This document shows positions 25,991 through 32,000 of a DNA stretch of 32,000 bases, piece after piece. This DNA comes from an uncultured Chloroflexia bacterium (GTDB lineage: Bacteria; Chloroflexota; Anaerolineae; Anaerolineales; Anaerolineaceae): positions 3,660,001-3,692,000 of the forward strand of contig OY969938.1 of the NCBI GenBank assembly GCA_963704755.1. The letters run 5' to 3'. The position numbers were made by a program, and so were the translations under genes. Within the stretch, counting starts at the first letter, position 1; every line of letters begins with the position of its first letter. Below the pieces are notes generated by a model, which did not search any database, was not told the origin of the DNA, and was given only the letters and a program-made list of their open reading frames with translations.

Positions 25991-26629
25991 TCAAGGAACA
26001 ATCCAGCCATTCTGAACCGCTTTAGCAACAGCTTCAACACGATTATTTACCCCCAATTTATTTAGAGATTTTTCAACATGATATCGAACCGTCCGTTCAG
26101 CAATACATAAACTATCGGAGATCTGTATATTGCTCATACCTTGGCTAAGAAGCTTGAGAATTTCTAATTCCCGCTCACTTAATGAAGGATATATCGCTTC
26201 AGTCTTATGCACAATGTTGGTGGCAATAGCCATAGCCGATAAAGGACTGAGCCACATTTTCCCTTGAGTGATCATTTGGATTCCTTCAATCAACACATAT
26301 GGCTCCTCTTCCTTAAGAACATATCCACTCGCACCTTCTTTCAAAGATTCTTCAATCTTATCGGCATCCCGTTGATGCGAGAGTATGAGTATTTTCATGA
26401 CTCTCTGATTTTTGGAAGAGATTAAATTAGTTATCTGAGAAATTTGAACACCCGGAATACATAATTCGAGCAGTATGATATCGGGATGAACACCAATTAC
26501 TAATTGGGTTACTTCATCGCAGTTTTTCGCCTCGCCGACAATCTCGAATTCCCCATATGGTAAAAGTTGGCTTTGTATTCCACATCGAATTAATGGCTCG
26601 TCATCAGCAATTAAAATCCTAGTTGTCAT
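25991..26629 (-). CDS. NarL/FixJ (LuxR-type HTH) family response regulator with an atypical receiver
   Basis: The receiver shows ILIADDEP...DIILLELCIPG...LKE. The C-terminal LuxR HTH shows LSERELEILKLLSQGMSNIQISDSLCIAERTVRYHV. The phospho-acceptor position is Glu rather than Asp. Confidence 0.9.
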   Translation of the reverse strand: MTTRILIADDEPLIRCGIQSQLLPYGEFEIVGEAKNCDEVTQLVIGVHPDIILLELCIPGVQISQITNLISSKNQRVMKILILSHQRDADKIEESLKEGASGYVLKEEEPYVLIEGIQMITQGKMWLSPLSAMAIATNIVHKTEAIYPSLSERELEILKLLSQGMSNIQISDSLCIAERTVRYHVEKSLNKLGVNNRVEAVAKAVQNGWIVP

Positions 26630-26793
26630 ATTTCCGCCCTGTTTTCTCGATTAGAAATATTAAAAATATAGTTTGACTTGTTCTAATTTTCGCTAACTTC
26701 TACGCATGCTTAGCGAACAGTTTTTGAAAGTCATTATAAAAGGGTATATTCTGCTCCTGAAATCTTATTAATCCTTTTTTTGCTAAATGTGCA

Positions 26794-26829
26794 GGGAACG
26801 AGCGGATTTTTGGAAATCCGCTCGTTCCC
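26794..26829. terminator. perfect 16 bp-stem hairpin 3 nt downstream of the anti-sigma stop
   Basis: The sequence is gggaacgagcggattt-ttgg-aaatccgctcgttccc. No immediate T-run follows on the minus strand, so it is a terminator or transcript-stabilising hairpin. Confidence 0.55.
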
Positions 26830-26832
26830 ATG

Positions 26833-28998
26833 CTATGTTTCTCGGCTTAAGGATTTCACTCGTTGGAGCAGATCCAAAACCTCTTGAGGCGGCTCTTCTA
26901 CTCGTTCTTTTACCGGATAGCTCATCATCTGTATCGTGAGACTGGTGCCATCCTCCAATTGGCTCACCGTTTGCACCATACGGATCAGTCCGCTTTTCTG
27001 GTCGATCCAGGTCTTGAGTTCAGACTGCACTACCGGTTGCGATATTCCAGTCGTTACAAGGGGCGGATCGTATCTGGATGCTAACGTAACTAACAGGCAA
27101 GGTTGACCATCCAAAATGGTTTCCTCACGGATGACGTCGCTGGCATAGTTGGGCCTGAGGATAAGGTCGGGTAAATTCTCTACCCGGGCTTTTGTTTCGA
27201 GTTGAGTGTCTTCCATGGCTGTACCTGTGGTGAAATTGACCTGGGTTGTTCCCACCCGTGCACTTTGTTGCCAGATGTCACCTTCGGGCGTTTTCTCGAT
27301 CCATACTTCCTTACTGATCGTCCCGTCCTGTTCTACATACTGCCAGGTCTCGCCAATGGAATGCGATGGCCCCAACAACCTGCCGCTTTGGTAATTTTCT
27401 GTGTCTTCCGGCTCGATGGTTTCATAGACAACATGGACCCAACCGGGCTGGCCATATAACGTCTGGAAGCCCCTTTCTAATAGCGTGCGTACTTCTTCAG
27501 CGATTGTCTCCCTGGGCGATAAGGTAGCCAGTCCCGTTAGGGTAGGCTGCGGATCAATATTTTCCGTAGAGGTCATAGATGGTGTGGCAGTGACGGTGGT
27601 TACAGGCTGTTGGATGTTCTCTGGTAAAGCCAACGGCTGCCAATCCACTTCCCACGGCCCCTCGATTGAATAGGATAAGCCTCCCAACTCAACCGGAATT
27701 GGGTTCGCCGGCAGATTGTTTAACTCAAGGACCGGATGAAGCATCGCGCCGGATTTATTACCGGGGGCACCGGTGGTCGATTGGTAGCAGATGGGTTGCG
27801 AACAGCGGAACATCACATCTTGCACGCTCTCATCCGGACGTTCAACGTCAAAGGTCAAACGGAAATAACCATCCTCGCCTTTCTGAAGGGTTGCGCCAAC
27901 GACCCGAACGTGAAATGCTCCACTTTCCAATGTTTGATCCAGTTTCCAATGCTGGCCAATGGCCGGCGCAGGACCAAGATCGAGCAAGAATGAGGGCGCC
28001 GATCCGTCCAGTGGCGGTTCATCCACCAACAGCAGGCGCGCTAGCTTCATCTTGAATTCCTGCCCTTCGTTTAAAGACCGCGTTTGGAAAATCGCAGATC
28101 TTCCGCCGATGCCTTCGACGAAGTTCACCGGATAAATCGCATCTTTGTCGTCTTTGAGGGAGAGTTGTGAATACCAGTCAGGAGAAAGGGTGCCATTTAA
28201 GGTGGGTGTATCGAAACGGATGGTTAAGTACGTCCCGTCCGCATCTTGTACAGCTTGCAGCAGGTTCATTGCCACCCCATTTACCGTTGAACTGCTCCAC
28301 GTCCTGGCCCAGGCATCCGGCAATAGATCCTGCGGCTCGACCGGGCGTAACTGAAGTCGAAATTCCCAGTTCTCAGGTGCTTCGCCTTTCAAAGTTTGGG
28401 GAAGTTGCGGTAACAAGAGAACTGCTTCGTCTGTATTCTCTGGAAGAGCAGAAAATTGATATTCGGCATAAAGGGCGTCCCCCACGTAAAAATCACTCGT
28501 GTTCGCCATTAATGGCTGTTGATTTCCGGGGTCAAGTTGTGGCCAGGCAGGCTGGAGTTCCGGGTAGCTAATAAAATCTGACGACTTACGCCACCCTTCC
28601 ACTTTGATCCTCAGCCACGTGCGCTCTCTGGAGGCTACCAGGTTTTCGACCGTAACGGTATAACCATCCCGTTCCACCTGAATAGGCTCTGATAGGACAA
28701 CTACCTCATCCACATTTTTGACGATGCCGACACCCGGTAAATAGCTGAACAAAGATTGAACAGCTGCTAGAACCCTCTGAGGGCCGACCGCAAGAAGAAC
28801 AAAAAGAATCACGAACGCCGTAACACCAGCAATCAACCACGCCGGCCGGAGCACCGGCCAAAGCGGGGTTTTCGGTTCGCTCAATGGCTGTTCTTCCAGT
28901 TGTTTCCATAAGGAGTTGACGAATTCAGGCCGTGCCTGGGGCATAGCCACGGCTCCCTTGATCTTATCTTCAAAATCAATGAGATTAGCCTTCTGCAT
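26833..28998 (-). CDS. putative anti-sigma factor: single-pass membrane protein with a large (about 640 aa) extracytoplasmic domain
   Basis: It overlaps the ECF sigma gene by 14 nt. A cytoplasmic N-terminus of about 50 aa is followed by one TM helix ([18 protein letters not shown]) and a long domain with no recognised motif. No HxxxCxxC zinc motif is present. Confidence 0.55.
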   Translation of the reverse strand: MQKANLIDFEDKIKGAVAMPQARPEFVNSLWKQLEEQPLSEPKTPLWPVLRPAWLIAGVTAFVILFVLLAVGPQRVLAAVQSLFSYLPGVGIVKNVDEVVVLSEPIQVERDGYTVTVENLVASRERTWLRIKVEGWRKSSDFISYPELQPAWPQLDPGNQQPLMANTSDFYVGDALYAEYQFSALPENTDEAVLLLPQLPQTLKGEAPENWEFRLQLRPVEPQDLLPDAWARTWSSSTVNGVAMNLLQAVQDADGTYLTIRFDTPTLNGTLSPDWYSQLSLKDDKDAIYPVNFVEGIGGRSAIFQTRSLNEGQEFKMKLARLLLVDEPPLDGSAPSFLLDLGPAPAIGQHWKLDQTLESGAFHVRVVGATLQKGEDGYFRLTFDVERPDESVQDVMFRCSQPICYQSTTGAPGNKSGAMLHPVLELNNLPANPIPVELGGLSYSIEGPWEVDWQPLALPENIQQPVTTVTATPSMTSTENIDPQPTLTGLATLSPRETIAEEVRTLLERGFQTLYGQPGWVHVVYETIEPEDTENYQSGRLLGPSHSIGETWQYVEQDGTISKEVWIEKTPEGDIWQQSARVGTTQVNFTTGTAMEDTQLETKARVENLPDLILRPNYASDVIREETILDGQPCLLVTLASRYDPPLVTTGISQPVVQSELKTWIDQKSGLIRMVQTVSQLEDGTSLTIQMMSYPVKERVEEPPQEVLDLLQRVKSLSRET

Positions 28999-29563
28999 TT
29001 TTTACCTCCAACTGATTTTGGAGCCTGCCCAAAAGCCTGGAATGCGCTTTTCGAACGGTATCCTCTCGTTTACCCAAGGTGCTGCCAATTTCGGCAAAGT
29101 TGAGCCCGGCGATGTAACGCAGCCGAATGATTTCTTGCTCTTCTTCAGTAAGGGCCCGAATGAGGTTCCCTAAACGGTTCAACTCATCCGTATGGATGAC
29201 TTGGGCTAGAAGATCAATTTGATCCGGTTTTTGATAGACCTTTTCCAGGGGTATCTCTCGTGAGTTTCTGCGAAAGTGATCGCGGACTATATTTCGAGCA
29301 ATAGTAAACATCCATGCTGAAAAGTAACCTTTATGGTGATATCGGGGAAGCTCTTCAAATACTTTGAGGAATACTTTCGAGGTAAGGTCTTCAGCGTCGG
29401 CAACGTTGCGGACTTTAAAGAATATGTATTGATACATCGGTTGAACCCAGCGGACGTACAGTTTCTTACACTGGGTCCGATCTCGTTGCGCAGCCAAGAC
29501 CAGATCTACTTCCTCATCAACATAGCCAGGATCTGCCAGTATTGTCATGGTCGGTCCACTCAT
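28985..29563 (-). CDS. ECF-type sigma-70 family RNA polymerase sigma factor
   Basis: Region 2 shows [15 protein letters not shown]...[19 protein letters not shown]. Region 4 shows [41 protein letters not shown]. Confidence 0.9.
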   Translation of the reverse strand: MSGPTMTILADPGYVDEEVDLVLAAQRDRTQCKKLYVRWVQPMYQYIFFKVRNVADAEDLTSKVFLKVFEELPRYHHKGYFSAWMFTIARNIVRDHFRRNSREIPLEKVYQKPDQIDLLAQVIHTDELNRLGNLIRALTEEEQEIIRLRYIAGLNFAEIGSTLGKREDTVRKAHSRLLGRLQNQLEVKNAEG

Positions 29564-29640
29564 TTACCTCTCCTAAAATGTCTTTTGAAGCGCTTCTATT
29601 TAATTAAACGCCAATACAGTCAAAATCGGACATAAGTAAT

Positions 29641-29671
29641 AAAAAACTCCTGGTAAAGTGCTTACCAGGAG
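29641..29671 (-). terminator. intrinsic terminator (minus strand) upstream of the ECF sigma gene
   Basis: A perfect 10 bp stem ctcctggtaa-agtgc-ttaccaggag is followed on the minus strand by TTTTTT (plus aaaaaa, 29641-29646). Confidence 0.7.
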
Positions 29672-30424
29672 TGTGTTCACTGGGAATAAATAGGGACAAT
29701 TATGTTATTGCCCTACCGTTTGGGAAAAGTGAAAACATTAAGGTGCCGGCAACCGATCCCCTCCATATACATAGAAAGGAGACAGGCCAGAGACCTTGAA
29801 CTCGTGGGAAGTTTGTACTCGGACTTCGCGAGCCCCACCATAGGGACAATTTTGTAATGGGGAAGTTGATGTTGATGGTCCGACGTAAGCGTGGTTGGTG
29901 TTGTTATTTGCGGCAGCAGGTAGGCTGAAGCCATAGACGACAGTTATCTAGATTTGTAGTTCTTTTGCTATTTACAAATTGGCTTGCAGTTGCGAAAAGT
30001 ATTTGCGAGCCACGGATTCGACTGAAGATTTCAATCCCTGCCTTTCTCAGATATCCGTTTTTGGGATCTGAATAAGTGTTTTGAAAGGATCATGTATTGT
30101 GAAACCATTTATTCCATTTTAGCGAGCCAAGAGATTCATGACAACGGCGAAAGTGGTAATTTCTTTTGGCGTATTTACCAGTTCTCTTTGTTGACAATGA
30201 AAACTCTTTCTTATTCCCACTCGATTTACTTGAGAAAAGTATTGATTGATTTATATTAGCTTTTTGAACGATTCAACCAATAATTAGGTCAATATACCTA
30301 AAGGTCGGTAAACCTAAAATGAACTATTTTACTTCTACCACATGCACTTTACGCCAGTCGCCGTAAATGAGAAATTACTCTGGATAAATTACTACGAAAC
30401 AAATCTTATTTAATCCTTATGAAA

Positions 30425-30477
30425 ACCACTCGCATTGTAATTTCTGTTATAATAATTAAAATTACAATGCGAGTGGT
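30425..30477. repeat. perfect 19 bp inverted repeat (accactcgcattgtaattt / aaattacaatgcgagtggt, 15 nt AT-rich spacer) 4 nt upstream of the ATPase start
   Basis: The arms at 30425-30443 and 30459-30477 are exact reverse complements. The track ORF starting at 30419 merely reads through it. Confidence 0.85.
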
Positions 30478-30481
30478 AGTC

Positions 30482-31967
30482 ATGATAGAATCCCCACCAT
30501 TTGTCGGTAGAATAGCTGAATTAAACCTGCTGGATGACCTGTACGCCAGCAATAAATCTGAATTTCTGGTTCTTTACGGTCGGCGTCGTGTAGGAAAAAC
30601 AAGGCTGTTAACCGAATGGCTCACGACCCGGAAGATCAAACCCATCTTCTTTGTTTCCGAACAAGATTTCAAGAGAATCATTACTGCGCCAGTTTTCGCA
30701 AATAGTTTACAAGAAAGCATTCCCGACTTTACCCGTACCCGAATCATTTTCGTTTGCCAATTGGGGCCAGGTCTGGAACCAGATCGGCGAGCTTGCCAAA
30801 GGGGAAAGGTTGGTTGTATTCATCGATGAATTTACTTACATGATGGCCGCAGATCCGACCCTCGCCAGCAATCTGCAACGCGCCTGGGATGCTGCATTAG
30901 AAAATGCCAATATTTTCCTGTGTATTTCCGGTTCCCATTTAGTTATGATGGTTCGAGGGATATTATCCGGAACTGCGCCATTGTATGGGAGAACCACAGC
31001 CAAAATGGAATTGAAACCGCTTCCTTTTGGCATCACAAAGTCATATTTTAAGCGCTATCCAGCTCCTGAAAGGGTCATGCTCTATTCCGTTTTTGGCGGC
31101 ATTCCCCACTATTGGCGGCTGATTGACCAGAATAAATCTGTTTCGGACAATATCAAGCGCTTATTGTTGTCACCGGGCGGAAATTTGAAGGATGAACCGC
31201 GTATTCTTTTGAACGATTACATCAGTGATCCCAATAATTATATTGCCATCCTACGAGCAATAGCGAATGGATACGCTACACCTAAGGAGATTGAAAATTT
31301 TACCGGGATTCCCAATTTCCACCTGTCACAATATATTTCCAACTTGGTAAGCACAGGATATGTGGTCAAAAAAATGCCTGTTACGGCAGGACTTTCTTCC
31401 AGAGCAGGGCGGCATACAATTACCGACCCATTTTTGCGGTTCTATTACCGTTTTATTCATTCCAGGCTGACCCAGTTGGAAATGGGTGAAATTGACCAAA
31501 CTCTGGAAGAGCTCCAAAAGCATATGGTGGATTATATCGGTACATATACATGGGAAGAAATTTGTCGCGAATGGACTATCCGGGCAAGCAATCGTGGAGT
31601 CCTACCTCTCTATCCTGATCGAGTAGAAAGCGATTGGGGAAAAGACCACCAGGTGGATGTCGTCGGCATTAATACGATGAAAAAGCACCTGATCTTAGGC
31701 GAATGTAAATGGATTAAAGAACGTGGAAAGGCAACCATTTTACAGGAACTTGTTGAGAAAAAAACGCCCAAAGTCGTTCCAACTTCCGGCAACTGGCAAG
31801 TCTACTTCCTTGGGTTCTCGCGTGAGGGGTGGAATGAAAATGCTGTTGGATATGTGAGGAATTTTTCTCAATCCCCTCCAACGGGTACAAATTGGACAGG
31901 GCAAGGAATCCGGTTACTCACGCTGGATGATGTGGATACGGACCTGTGCGAATGGGCAAATTCATAG
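30482..31967 (+). pseudogene. AAA-type ATPase (archaeal-ATPase/Orc1-like P-loop) with a C-terminal DUF234-like domain, interrupted by a +1 frameshift (or a sequencing error)
   Basis: The N-terminal frame (30419..30829) carries FVGRIAELNLLDD and Walker A YGRRRVGKT. The second frame (30651..31967) carries Walker B LVVFIDEF and the DUF234-like end DVVGIN...LILGECKW. The shift must lie in the 30651-30829 overlap, most likely near 30655-30680. The likely start is ATG 30482 (MIESPPFVGR). Confidence 0.8.
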
Positions 31968-32000
31968 TTCTTTTCCTTTCACAAATCATCTTTTAGCATT

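Noticed and set aside
29713-29934. 73 aa minus-strand ORF, and a tmRNA idea prompted by a tag-like GCA AAT AAC AAC ACC AAC CAC GCT TAC stretch
   Set aside because: The ORF lacks an SD and has odd composition. The tag-like frame has no nearby stop. No tRNA-like acceptor or T-arm flanks it in the right order, so tmRNA is not supported. It is retained only as a generic sRNA/leader candidate.
29999-30025. ggattcgac / gtcgaatcc as a tRNA or tmRNA T-loop
   Set aside because: The flanking bases do not form a T-stem or an acceptor stem on either strand.
30027-30040. gatttcaatccctg, which resembles the start of some CRISPR repeats
   Set aside because: It is a single occurrence. There is no second repeat copy or regular spacing anywhere in the 850 bp non-coding stretch, and no cas genes are in the window.

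Overview
This is a bacterial chromosomal window. I saw no rRNA gene, no intact tRNA gene and no CRISPR array. GC content looks mosaic by eye.

Left third (1-11134, all minus strand): a self-contained galactitol-family PTS polyol-catabolism locus. In transcription order it carries split transketolase N and C subunits, a frameshifted IIC, a SorC regulator, a small membrane ORF, IIA and IIB. After a 200 bp gap come two Zn-dependent dehydrogenases, HPr, Enzyme I, a small unknown ORF and a class II aldolase that runs off the window edge.

The rest (11.4-32 kb) is an accessory mosaic, containing:
- a 441 bp diverged copy of the 3' end of a DUF234-type ATPase gene (11489-11929), whose full-length but frameshifted copy sits at 30482-31967;
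- a YtrA-like GntR/ABC module;
- a long minus-strand operon: small membrane protein, ABC-2 exporter, then two tandem paralogous DUF1214 + DUF1254 gene pairs separated by a polytopic membrane protein;
- two tRNA 3'-half remnants, each with its own terminator, bracketing a 5.3 kb cassette that holds an AgrC/AgrA-like LytTR two-component system and a Tat-lipoprotein OYE/enoate-reductase-like flavoenzyme;
- a 5'-truncated VirB11/CpaF-like ATPase;
- an orphan NarL-type regulator with Glu in place of the phospho-acceptor Asp;
- an ECF sigma / large anti-sigma pair.

The best candidates for something undescribed are the membrane-anchored, split and order-permuted DUF1214/DUF1254 modules wired to an ABC-2 exporter, and the exported OYE-like reductase with a non-canonical active site.

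All family assignments rest on motif recognition by eye. No HMM or BLAST search was run.
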